Positions 1-8,324 of a stretch of 22,000 nt of DNA are shown here, piece after piece. A program made the translations under genes and the position numbers. The notes below the pieces were generated by a model. The model worked only from the letters and a program-made list of their open reading frames with translations, was not told the origin of the DNA and searched no databases. Numbering within the stretch: position 1 is the first letter of the stretch; every line of letters begins with the position of its first letter. Origin of the DNA: Bacillota bacterium (GTDB taxonomy: Bacteria > Bacillota > Limnochordia > Darwinibacteriales > DTU012); assembly GCA_012521805.1 (NCBI GenBank), contig JAAYLQ010000154.1:1-22000 (forward strand). The letters are read 5' to 3'.

Positions 1-2
1 TG

Positions 3-1691
3 CTGGCTGTGAATGGAGTTCAAACTGCAACCGCCCAGCAGCTGCAAAATGTACCAGTTATCAGAGCAATTGCTATTAGAGGTAATACTAGTATCGACAC
101 TGCTGTGATTGAGCAGGCTATTACCCGTACCAAGGTTAATGACCTTTTTGTCGATCAAAATATTATTGGTGATGCTGAAGCCATTTATAATCTCGGTTAT
201 TTTGTTGATGTAGGAGCGAAATGGGAACTATTAGAGGATGGCGGCATCAAGATTATCTTTGAAGTGGTAGAGAATCCAAGAGTTGAAGATATTGTAATAG
301 AAGGTGCTGGAGATCTCCCAGTTCAGGACTTTATTGACAGCATGCAGTCTCAAAAGGGGGAGATTCTCAACTTTAATCAGCTTCTTGATGACCTGAGGGA
401 ATTCCCAGTGTGGGCCTATGAACAGCATGGTATTGCCCTCAGACCAGTAAATCTTGAAATCTCAGAAACTGGAACTATCAAAGTTGAGACAGCTCTGACA
501 AAGATCGAAGAGATCGTGCTTGAGGGTAACGAGAAGACAAAGGATCATGTAATTCTGCGCGAACTTTCCTTCACTCCTGGTGATATCTTAGATTTTGTGG
601 AAGTTTCCTCAAGTTTGCAGAAAGTATTTATGCTCGGGTATTTTGATGAGATCAGCTATAATGTACTTGAAGGCAAAGATCCAGATTCTGCAATCTTAAC
701 CATTGAAATGAAAGAGCGGAAGACGGGCAGTGCTGATTTTGGTGCCGGATACAGCTCTAAGAACGGTTTATTTGGCTATATCGACATTTCTGATGATAAC
801 TTCCTCGGCAATGGACAGCGTGCTAATCTGTTCTTTGAGATTGGTAGAGGAACCCGCTCTTATAAAGTAGGTTTTCATGAACCTTATCTTTTCAGCGACG
901 GGACCTCTTTTGGAGTAAATATTTATAATGAACATGATGATATTGAGTTGACTTATAAGGAAGAGGATGGTTCTGTATCAGGAACCCAGCATGTTTTCGG
1001 GGGTAATGTTTCTTTGGGACGCCGCCTTGGTGATACATCAAGGGCGAGCTTAACTCTCCGGGCAGACAGCTACACCTTCAGCGGTGACATTGCAGATTAC
1101 GAAGATTCTTTCAGACTGCTTACTATTGGAGCAGGGGTTAGTGACAATACTACTAACCATCCATTCAAACCATCACAAGGTTATAAGAGCAACTTTAATT
1201 TTGAAACAGGGTTTACTTTCGCAGATCAAGTTTCCACCTACTCCAAAATTACACTGCAGCACAGCAGGTATTATGAGCTGTTTGATTTGTTTGATGATAA
1301 TGTAGTGCTTGCCGTTAGAGGTTTAGGTGGTCGGGCGTTGAGCGGAACACTGCCCAATTCTGAGATGTTCAAAATTGGTGGTTCTGAAACTCTCAGAGGG
1401 TATAACTATGGAGATAAAGGTTTGGTTGGGGATAAGATGCTGCTGCTGAACACAGAACTGCGCTTCCCAATCTATGATTTCGTCTCCGGCGTTGTCTTTG
1501 CTGATATAGGTAAGGCATGGGAGCCGAACAAGGAAATCAATCTCCTTGATATGCTTGACAGCAACAGCTTTGGTGTTGGTGTCCGGTTAGATACACCCCT
1601 AGGCTTGCTCCGCCTTGATTACGGTTGGGGACTGAATGAAGAGGCTAAGCGTGAAGGTCAGTTTTATTTCGGTCTTGGCCATACCTTCTAG
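3..1691 (+). CDS. bamA: Outer membrane protein assembly factor BamA/Omp85 family (5'-partial; frame is open to the window edge)
   Basis: The frame continues upstream of the listed GTG at 9. Residues LAVNGVQTATAQQ look like the end of a signal peptide. Three consecutive POTRA-like modules follow (VIRAIAIRGN..., VEDIVIEGAG..., IEEIVLEGNEKTKDHVILREL...). The Omp85 barrel comes next (GYSSKNGLFGYIDISDDNFLGNGQ..., MFKIGGSETLRGY, VRLDTPLGLLRLDYGWGL) and ends in the C-terminal beta-signal FGLGHTF. Confidence 0.9.
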   Translation: MAVNGVQTATAQQLQNVPVIRAIAIRGNTSIDTAVIEQAITRTKVNDLFVDQNIIGDAEAIYNLGYFVDVGAKWELLEDGGIKIIFEVVENPRVEDIVIEGAGDLPVQDFIDSMQSQKGEILNFNQLLDDLREFPVWAYEQHGIALRPVNLEISETGTIKVETALTKIEEIVLEGNEKTKDHVILRELSFTPGDILDFVEVSSSLQKVFMLGYFDEISYNVLEGKDPDSAILTIEMKERKTGSADFGAGYSSKNGLFGYIDISDDNFLGNGQRANLFFEIGRGTRSYKVGFHEPYLFSDGTSFGVNIYNEHDDIELTYKEEDGSVSGTQHVFGGNVSLGRRLGDTSRASLTLRADSYTFSGDIADYEDSFRLLTIGAGVSDNTTNHPFKPSQGYKSNFNFETGFTFADQVSTYSKITLQHSRYYELFDLFDDNVVLAVRGLGGRALSGTLPNSEMFKIGGSETLRGYNYGDKGLVGDKMLLLNTELRFPIYDFVSGVVFADIGKAWEPNKEINLLDMLDSNSFGVGVRLDTPLGLLRLDYGWGLNEEAKREGQFYFGLGHTF

Positions 1692-1703
1692 TCATGCTCT
1701 AAC

Positions 1704-1750
1704 AAAAACCCAGGTTGACATCCTAAAAAGGAGTCTGCCTGGGTTTTTTT
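1704..1750 (+). terminator. Rho-independent terminator after bamA
   Basis: Stem cccaggttgac (1709-1719) pairs with gtctgcctggg (1733-1743) with two mismatches. An A-run precedes it and ttttttt (1744-1750) follows. Confidence 0.8.
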
Positions 1751-1754
1751 GCAT

Positions 1755-1784
1755 TTGCGCCACAAAAGGGTTTGCTGTTATAAT
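1755..1784 (+). promoter_or_regulatory. Sigma-70-type promoter with extended -10 (TGtTATAAT) for the skp operon
   Basis: Candidate -35 ttgcgc at 1755-1760, an 18-bp spacer, then tgt+tataat at 1776-1784. It lies 45 bp upstream of the GTG at 1829 and directly after the bamA terminator. Confidence 0.6.
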
Positions 1785-1828
1785 ATGCTTGTTATAAATA
1801 GTAATTATTATATTTAGGAGGGTCTTTT

Positions 1829-2242
1829 GTGTTGAAACAAAAAGGATACATCGGTGGTCTTGTCACCCTAGTTGCGGTCGCACTATTGGTTGTATTCGTA
1901 TGGGTTAATTCTGTTCAGGGACAAGCTGATGAGCTGATCGGTGTTGTTAACACACAAGCGGTATTCACACAGTATTTAGCTGGTCCTTTATTTGAAGCTC
2001 GCGATCAGCTGCAGGCAGAGTATGATGAGAAAGCTGCCGATATGAATGATGAAGAGGCAGCTAAACTGTTTATGGAATACCAAACTAAACTGGAAGCATT
2101 AGAAATGGAATACAGCAACAATGTAGTGGAAGCGGTAGAAAAAGTAGCTAAAGTCAAAGGTCTTGAAGTAGTTTTAGATGCTTCAGCAGTGCTTCAAGGC
2201 GGTATCGATATTACAGAGGATGTTATAGCAGCTCTTCAGTAA
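1829..2242 (+). CDS. skp: OmpH/Skp-family periplasmic chaperone (copy 1)
   Basis: SD aggagg lies 6 nt upstream of the GTG start. An N-terminal signal/anchor (LVTLVAVALLVVFVWV) is present. The family pattern is an N-terminal strand IGVVNTQAVF, a helical E/K/A-rich arm, and a C-terminal GLEVVLDASAVLQGGIDITEDVIAAL. Confidence 0.75.
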   Translation: MLKQKGYIGGLVTLVAVALLVVFVWVNSVQGQADELIGVVNTQAVFTQYLAGPLFEARDQLQAEYDEKAADMNDEEAAKLFMEYQTKLEALEMEYSNNVVEAVEKVAKVKGLEVVLDASAVLQGGIDITEDVIAALQ

Positions 2243-2259
2243 GTAAAGGAGCTGGTCTA

Positions 2260-2937
2260 GTGGGAAAAAAATGGCTGATTATTGTCCTGCTGGGAATTAT
2301 AAGCGTGAGCGCTGTTCTGGTAAGGAACTATTACTCAGCTTCAGCAGAATATGAGGCTCAACAGCAGAAAGCTGATTATACCAAGCAAGTTTATCAGGAT
2401 TATGCCGCCGAACTGCAGAACCTTGTTCAAGATTATGAACAGCAGCTGGAGCAGTACTATCAGACGCTGATGGTGCAGGCTGAAAGGGACTGGGAAGAGC
2501 AGCTGGCCGCATCAGAGGCAGAGTTTACTGCCAATGTGGAAGCTTATTTGGTAGAGCTGGAAGCAGAATCCGCCGAGCTGGTTGAGAAACTACGCCAGCG
2601 GTATGAAATACCAATCCTCAACGCTGAGCTTAAGCTGGCTATTGTAAGCTTAAGTGAGGTAGAGCGCACGAAGCTGGAAAATCAGCTCAAGGAAATGCGG
2701 GCAGAATATGCAGTGATGCGGGCAGAGTACGAGCAGGAGCTCAATCAAAAACTACAAGCTTATCAACAAGCTGAAGAAGTACGGCAGAAAGAGAAACTCT
2801 CAGCCTTTGAGGAAGCCAACGCAGAAAAACTAAGCAAGATGTATGAACAATACAGGCAGAGGCTGGAGGTTGAGCTGAAGGCGAAACAGCAGAAATTAGA
2901 GAGTGATATGCGTAGAGCAGCAGCAGTCAGGGAATAA
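2260..2937 (+). CDS. Membrane-anchored Q/E-rich coiled-coil protein of unknown function
   Basis: SD aaaggag lies 7 nt upstream of the GTG start. There is a single N-terminal hydrophobic segment (WLIIVLLGIISVSAVLV). About 190 aa of uninterrupted heptad-like E/Q/A/L/K sequence follow. It lacks the N- and C-terminal beta-strand motifs seen in the flanking Skp proteins. Confidence 0.6.
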   Translation: MGKKWLIIVLLGIISVSAVLVRNYYSASAEYEAQQQKADYTKQVYQDYAAELQNLVQDYEQQLEQYYQTLMVQAERDWEEQLAASEAEFTANVEAYLVELEAESAELVEKLRQRYEIPILNAELKLAIVSLSEVERTKLENQLKEMRAEYAVMRAEYEQELNQKLQAYQQAEEVRQKEKLSAFEEANAEKLSKMYEQYRQRLEVELKAKQQKLESDMRRAAAVRE

Positions 2938-2965
2938 TAGTCGTTGATCAAATAAGGCGGTGACT

Positions 2966-3397
2966 ATGATGCAGAAATACATTCCCTGGCTGCTGGCTGC
3001 TCTTTGTGTAACTGCACTCGTGTGGGTTTTGTCCACCAAAACTGTTTCTCCTGACCATATTGGTTTGATCGATATGGGTAAGATCTTAAGTGAGAGTCAG
3101 TATGCGCAGAGATTGAATGAGCAGCTGGCAGAAAAATACGAACAATTAGTAGCACAGCTTCAGAGTGACAGTGAATCGGATACAGTAGATGAGGCAGAAA
3201 AGGCGGAGCGGGATCGAGCAGTATACGCTGAGTATTTGCGGTTTAGACAGGAATTAGAAAGTGAGTTTCAAGCTGCCTTAGACAGAGCAATTGCTGAAGC
3301 AGCTGAGACAGCCAATCTGCAGCTGGTTCTCGATGTGGATTTAGTGAGATATGGTGGAAAAGATATCAGCAGTGAAGTCATAAAACTCCTGCGCTAG
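2966..3397 (+). CDS. skp: OmpH/Skp-family periplasmic chaperone (copy 2)
   Basis: I prefer the ATG at 2966 (SD aaggcgg is 5 nt upstream) over the listed GTG at 2960. Signal peptide (IPWLLAALCVTALVWVL), N-terminal strand IGLIDMGKIL, a helical arm, and C-terminal LQLVLDVDLVRYGGKDISSEVIKLL. Confidence 0.75.
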   Translation: MMQKYIPWLLAALCVTALVWVLSTKTVSPDHIGLIDMGKILSESQYAQRLNEQLAEKYEQLVAQLQSDSESDTVDEAEKAERDRAVYAEYLRFRQELESEFQAALDRAIAEAAETANLQLVLDVDLVRYGGKDISSEVIKLLR

Positions 3398-3407
3398 GAG
3401 AAGTATT

Positions 3408-3443
3408 ATAGATGGGACATTCAGCCGGTTCCATCTATTTTTT
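3408..3443 (+). terminator. Rho-independent terminator after the skp operon
   Basis: Stem atagatgg (3408-3415) pairs with ccatctat (3431-3438), followed by ttttt. Confidence 0.75.
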
Positions 3444-3533
3444 GTTCCAGCTATTACCGCTATGGTAAAGGAGGTAAAAACTTTAAGAAAATAGAATACT
3501 TATCCTAATTAGGAAAAGGGAAGGAATGAGTTT

Positions 3534-4181
3534 ATGCACGCTAAATCTCGGAAATTAATGTTCGTATTAGTTACTGTACTTATGATTGGGCTCGCCAGCT
3601 TTAATGTTTCCGCCCATAATGTGAGCGGCTCAACTGGATTAATCAACATACCAACCGCTGCTGTCAAACCCAGCGGTTCAGTCAGCGCGGCGTACCAATC
3701 ACTGCGCGGCACTGGGAATTTCTCTGTAATCTTAGGCGCCTTCCCCGGTGTTGAAGTAGGTATGGGAGCGCACTTTAAAAACAATGCTCAAACCTTTTCC
3801 GGCAGTGTTAAGGTCCAAATCTTACAGGAGCAGGACTATCCTGCGGTTGCTGTTGGCTTAACTACTGATGGCAGTCAAGCCAGCTTTTATCTCGTGGGAA
3901 GTATGCAGCTCGGTATCCCGGGAGTGAGAGGACATTTCGGCTTTGGCTCCGGACGTTTTCAGAGAGGTTTTGCCGGGATCAGCAGTGTGTTGAATCCTGT
4001 CTCCATTGTTAGCAGTGACCGCAGCTTTACAGTACCGGTGACTACCTTTATCGTGGAGTATGATGGGCGGGGATTAAATACAGGTGTGTCCTTGAAGTTT
4101 AACCAGAAGCTGGATGCAAAGCTGATTTTGTCTGATTTTGAAAGTCTTGGGTTAGGTATTAGTTATTCACATCGTTTCTAG
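3534..4181 (+). CDS. Small outer-membrane beta-barrel protein, YjbH-like N-terminal motif (putative)
   Basis: Signal peptide with an AXA-type site (SFNVSA/HN). Alternating beta-strand-like sequence throughout. C-terminal beta-signal GISYSHRF ends in Phe. The motif STGLINIPTAAVKPSG resembles the GLIxxP[ST]A motif of YjbH/DUF940-type exopolysaccharide OM proteins; this rests on my recall, not a search. Confidence 0.6.
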   Translation: MHAKSRKLMFVLVTVLMIGLASFNVSAHNVSGSTGLINIPTAAVKPSGSVSAAYQSLRGTGNFSVILGAFPGVEVGMGAHFKNNAQTFSGSVKVQILQEQDYPAVAVGLTTDGSQASFYLVGSMQLGIPGVRGHFGFGSGRFQRGFAGISSVLNPVSIVSSDRSFTVPVTTFIVEYDGRGLNTGVSLKFNQKLDAKLILSDFESLGLGISYSHRF

Positions 4182-4219
4182 GATGAGGATTGTATTTCAC
4201 GAGCTATGGAGGGTTTTTA

Positions 4220-4966
4220 GTGAAATCAAAGATCGGTATTGCGATGCTTGTTGTTGGGATGCTGATAGTATTCCAGGGCAGCTGTATCGCTGTTAATCCG
4301 GGTACAGCTATTAGTGGAGCTCTTATGCATGGAATCAGGAATCCGGCGGGATTACAAGGATTGGTCACCCCAGAATTTTCCATGCAGTTGCGAATAGTGT
4401 CTGGGGAATCCCAGCAGTATCAGATCAGCTATGCAGAGCCTGATTATGGAACCGGTGCAGGTCTGCTCCATATTCTCTATCAAGAGTCACTGCGGCAGAT
4501 TACCTATTCTGTGGCAGCTGACTTGTTAGAGACCACTGATGCAGGTGTTGCTCTTCACTACATCAGTGTTCCAGAATCAGGGAACAAGTACATCAGTACT
4601 GATCTAGGATTGCAGCTGAATCTCGATCATCTAAGCTGGCTGCGCTTTGGACTATTAGTTGAGAATTTTTGGCATCTGAAACTTGGTGAAACCGAAACTG
4701 CTCTTCCGACAAATGTGACTATTGGAGCAGCGGTAGATTTAGCCGGATATGGTGTGCTGGCCTTGGATATTAATGATGCTTGGAACATCAACTCAGCTCG
4801 CAAATTGTTGGCTGGAGTGGAACTTTATCCAACCCCAGACTTAGCTTTACGTGCTCGCTGGATTGATAGTTTAGGATTAGGCATCGGGTATACGCACCAG
4901 CAGATGCGCATTGACTATGACTGGGCTGCCGGCGAACATCAACTGTGCTTCCGCTGGCAGTTCTAA
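4220..4966 (+). CDS. Small outer-membrane beta-barrel protein with FadL/PorV-like NPAGL motif (putative)
   Basis: I prefer the GTG at 4220 (SD ggaggg at 4208-4213, 6-nt spacer) over the listed ATG at 4190. Signal peptide IGIAMLVVGMLIVFQGSCIA. An N-terminal GIRNPAGLQGL motif is present. The C-terminus CFRWQF ends in Phe. Confidence 0.6.
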   Translation: MKSKIGIAMLVVGMLIVFQGSCIAVNPGTAISGALMHGIRNPAGLQGLVTPEFSMQLRIVSGESQQYQISYAEPDYGTGAGLLHILYQESLRQITYSVAADLLETTDAGVALHYISVPESGNKYISTDLGLQLNLDHLSWLRFGLLVENFWHLKLGETETALPTNVTIGAAVDLAGYGVLALDINDAWNINSARKLLAGVELYPTPDLALRARWIDSLGLGIGYTHQQMRIDYDWAAGEHQLCFRWQF

Positions 4967-5003
4967 ATCATGCAGAATCTGGTGTAAGGGAAAAGGGGAT
5001 TAG

Positions 5004-6125
5004 ATGATGATTCAAACAAAGCCAAGCCGAGCCTCGGTGTTGCGCGGTTCAACAATCTTGGATCGGTATACCTTGCGCGAATTTTTCTGGCCTTTTATCT
5101 TCTGTGTCATTGGATTTACAGTTATCTTATTGAGCGGAGTGCTGTTTGAATTAATCGATCTGTTTTTAGTTAAGAAGGTTTCAATTAATACAGTAAGCAG
5201 AATGCTGATTTATTATCTGCCGGGTATTGTTGTAATGACACTGCCGGTTGCTGCCCTTTTCTCTACTCTTTTAGGTTTAGGCCGTCTGAATCAGGACAGT
5301 GAAATGATTATTATGTGCAGCAGCGGACTGCCTTATTGGCGGATCATGATACCGGTGGTAATTGCCGGGTTGATTATCAGCGGAGTTACCTATGTTTTGA
5401 ATGAGGAAATCGTACCTTGGACTAATCATGAATTCCAGAAGTTATTCCGAGAGTTATTTTACCAAGAAGATTCACCCCTAATTGAAGAAAACATCTTCTT
5501 TTTAGGGGGGGAAAACCGCTACTTTTACATTAACGAGGTTAATAAACAGAAGCATGAGTTTAAGAATATCTTAGTTTATGAAACCCAATCTAACCAGTTC
5601 CCGCGCCTGATTACGGCTGCAGCTGGAACTTACCGCGATAACCATTGGTATCTGGAGGATGGTCTGATCCAAAACCTCGATGAGGACGGATATGTGAGCT
5701 ATCAAACTCGTTTTGAAACAATGCAGATTATCACTCCTGATTCTTCTGATCTTTATTTTGGCAATCAAAAAACCAGCGATGAAATGAGCCGCAAAGAGTT
5801 AAAGGAGCACATTGAACGATTTCAGCGCAGCGGCTTAAAGGTGCTGTCTTTTGTGGTAGATTATCATTTGAAACTGGCACTGCCAATGGCATCGTTCATA
5901 TTTGTGTTATTTGCAGCTCCCCTTAGCTTATTCAGCAAGAGCAGCAAATCCTTTGGCATTGCGGTCAGTTTAGTGGTGACACTTCTTTATTATGTAGCTA
6001 CTCCTGTCTGCCGTTCTCTGGCGGTTAATGAGGTAATCCCACCCCTGGCTGCTGCTTGGCTGACTAACAGCATCTTTGCAATAGCTGGTATTGTTTTGTT
6101 AATCCGTGCGGACCGGCTGCATTGA
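5004..6125 (+). CDS. LptF/LptG-family LPS export ABC permease (YjgP/YjgQ)
   Basis: Family N-terminus LDRYTLREFFWPFIFCVIGFTVILL. Three TMs are followed by a ~150-aa periplasmic domain (NEEIVPWTNHEF...YRDNHWYLEDG) and then three more TMs. Only one such gene is present in the window. Confidence 0.85.
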   Translation: MMIQTKPSRASVLRGSTILDRYTLREFFWPFIFCVIGFTVILLSGVLFELIDLFLVKKVSINTVSRMLIYYLPGIVVMTLPVAALFSTLLGLGRLNQDSEMIIMCSSGLPYWRIMIPVVIAGLIISGVTYVLNEEIVPWTNHEFQKLFRELFYQEDSPLIEENIFFLGGENRYFYINEVNKQKHEFKNILVYETQSNQFPRLITAAAGTYRDNHWYLEDGLIQNLDEDGYVSYQTRFETMQIITPDSSDLYFGNQKTSDEMSRKELKEHIERFQRSGLKVLSFVVDYHLKLALPMASFIFVLFAAPLSLFSKSSKSFGIAVSLVVTLLYYVATPVCRSLAVNEVIPPLAAAWLTNSIFAIAGIVLLIRADRLH

Positions 6126-6126
6126 A

Positions 6127-8298
6127 ATGAAGGTGGTATACTTGCACAGATTTAGAATTTTTATATTGGTATCCATGCTTGCTGTGCTAGTCAGCTTTGG
6201 AACAGCAGCAGCCGATTCTCAGCTGCCGATTACGATCGAAGGTGCGGATCTAGCACGCTGGGATTATAAACAGCAGCTGCTGTATGCATCCGGCAGCGTG
6301 ATTCTTGCAGTTGATGATCTGTTGTTGAAAGGTGATTCGCTGCTGTGGGATATGGAAAAGCAGGAATTATACCTGGAGGGCAGTGTCAGGCTGGAACAGG
6401 GCGATGCTTATCTTGAAGGTGAAAGCTTAATTTATAACGTGGATCAGGCTCAGGGTAAGTTTGTAAAGCCCCGGACTGAACTGGTTTCGGAAAAAATTGA
6501 AGGCCCGATTTTTGTTTTTAGTGACCATGTTGAAATAGACTCTGACAGCTATCTGATGGATAAAGGTGTCCTGACTACTTGTGATTTAAGCGAACCCCAT
6601 TATCATCTGGCTGTCAATAAACTTGAGATCTATCCCGGTAACAAGATGGTCATTCGCGGAGTACGCTTTTATGAAGGGAAGCTGCCGCTGTTTTATTGGC
6701 CTTATCTGGTTCTTCCTCTCGATGGACGCTATGATGATTTCGATTTTACTCTGCCGGAAATCGGCTATAATGCCAGGGATGGATATTATATCAAGAACCG
6801 TTATAACTACTATTTCAGTTCAAATGCTCATGGAGCTCTGCTTTATGATTACTATACCCGCCAAGGTTTAGGTTTAGGTGTAAATCATAATTACCGCCAT
6901 GAGCTGCTCGGGGAAGGTGAAATGGCATTCTATACTCTGCCTTTTGCCACCAGCAAATACTTGGCAGCTCAGCTTCAGCATAAATTTACTGCAGATAATT
7001 TCAGCTTTGTTACCAAGAACTCTTATGCGAGGCAGTATCAGGGTGCGGCTTTGAAGCAGGACAGCTCTAGTTCAACCAGCTTATCGTATCAAACTGACAA
7101 GATGCGCTTGAATGGCAGTTTCAACTATCGGTTAAACCAAAAGGAAGCTGACAAGACTAGTGCATGGACTGCGTCGGGAGCTTGGCGGCAGCTGCTGAGC
7201 ACTAATTGGGATTTCAATGCCAGCTCAAAAATTATGGCTGCCGATGATACTAAAGTTTACGATTATCTGCTTGAAACAAACTACCGCCTCAACAACCATT
7301 CATTAAACTTAGCAGTGCAGCAGAAGTACAATCCGGATCTGCTGGACGAGAACAAGGTTCCTGCATGGAGCAGTGTTAACCGTCTGCCAGAATTGTCTTG
7401 GCGGTGGCAAAACCCAACAGTAGCTGGTGTTAGTATTCCCGGTAGGATTCAGCTTTCCCTTGGTAAGTTTAGTGAATATCCTTCGGGGGTGACCAGCTGG
7501 AGGCTTGCGCCTTATGCCGAATTGTTGACTCAGAGCTGGCGATCAGATCATGGTACTACTCTGACCTTGAGCGGGAATGTGTCCGGGTATTTTTACGATA
7601 CTGGCCAAAACCAGCAGGCTTTATACGGACGCTTAGGATTGATTCAACAGCTGAGCGAAAATACGCGGATAACTGCAAATTATTATAAGCGTTTTGTATG
7701 GGGAGAGACTCCATTTAAATTTGATCAGCTGAAACAAGAAGACCAGTTGAGCGGAACTTTCAGGTATTCAAAACAGCCGTTCACATTAGTTCTCAGCAGC
7801 GGATATAATTTTCTTACCCAGCGGTTTAACAACTTACTGACTCAGATCAGTTACAGCAGTGCTGCTGAACCAGTGACTGTCAATTTTGTGGCAAATTATG
7901 ATCTAAACAATCATCGATTCGGAGATCTGAGCGGCAGTATTAGTTATCGACCGCAAGCTGATTGGGTATTTAATCTCGGTGCAGTATATAATGTCAGTAA
8001 TCAGGCGCTGAAATGGGTGAATGGAAAAATTGTCTTCGACCTGTCTGAGACAGTAAGACTCAGCTATGATTTAATTTATGAGCCTGAGAAAACTCAGAAG
8101 CTGCAGACTGGCAAGTTGGTACTAACTTTTGATCTGCACTGCCGTGAGTTAAAGTTCAGCTACGATCAGGTTCGGGAAGAGTTTAAAGTTCAGTATTCAA
8201 TCAATGCTTTCCCGAAACTGCCAATTGAGATTAGTTCGAAGGAAGGAATCAGTTTCTTTGAACTCGAAGATCTTAAAGACTTATTTGAGAGTGATTAA
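6127..8298 (+). CDS. lptD: LPS-assembly outer membrane protein LptD (OstA family)
   Basis: I prefer the ATG at 6127, 1 nt after the lptF/G stop, over the listed GTG at 6106, which overlaps it. Signal peptide (ILVSMLAVLVSFGTAAA). An OstA-type N-terminal jellyroll is present (GSVILAVDDLLLKGDSLLWD...LEGSVRLEQGDAYLEGESLIYN). The LptD signature is TTCDLSEPHYHLAVNKLEIYPGNKMVIRGVRFYEGKLPLFYWPYLVLPL. A ~500-aa Y/N/S-rich barrel follows. Confidence 0.85.
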   Translation: MKVVYLHRFRIFILVSMLAVLVSFGTAAADSQLPITIEGADLARWDYKQQLLYASGSVILAVDDLLLKGDSLLWDMEKQELYLEGSVRLEQGDAYLEGESLIYNVDQAQGKFVKPRTELVSEKIEGPIFVFSDHVEIDSDSYLMDKGVLTTCDLSEPHYHLAVNKLEIYPGNKMVIRGVRFYEGKLPLFYWPYLVLPLDGRYDDFDFTLPEIGYNARDGYYIKNRYNYYFSSNAHGALLYDYYTRQGLGLGVNHNYRHELLGEGEMAFYTLPFATSKYLAAQLQHKFTADNFSFVTKNSYARQYQGAALKQDSSSSTSLSYQTDKMRLNGSFNYRLNQKEADKTSAWTASGAWRQLLSTNWDFNASSKIMAADDTKVYDYLLETNYRLNNHSLNLAVQQKYNPDLLDENKVPAWSSVNRLPELSWRWQNPTVAGVSIPGRIQLSLGKFSEYPSGVTSWRLAPYAELLTQSWRSDHGTTLTLSGNVSGYFYDTGQNQQALYGRLGLIQQLSENTRITANYYKRFVWGETPFKFDQLKQEDQLSGTFRYSKQPFTLVLSSGYNFLTQRFNNLLTQISYSSAAEPVTVNFVANYDLNNHRFGDLSGSISYRPQADWVFNLGAVYNVSNQALKWVNGKIVFDLSETVRLSYDLIYEPEKTQKLQTGKLVLTFDLHCRELKFSYDQVREEFKVQYSINAFPKLPIEISSKEGISFFELEDLKDLFESD

Positions 8299-8324
8299 CC
8301 TGTCGGTAGAGGCGAGGTGAAGTT

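Noticed and set aside
1084-1305. Alternative-frame + strand ORFs inside bamA (1084-1305) and lptD (6623-6871)
   Set aside because: They are nested out of frame in genes with clear family signatures, and nothing independent supports them.
4190-4219. Longer 5' starts given in the ORF track (4190, 6106, 12857, 14768, 16337, 19528, 2960)
   Set aside because: In each case a downstream ATG or GTG has a properly spaced Shine-Dalgarno and gives a sensible signal peptide or N-terminus. The upstream start lacks an SD or overlaps the preceding gene. The extensions were trimmed, but without experimental data the starts remain uncertain by a few codons.
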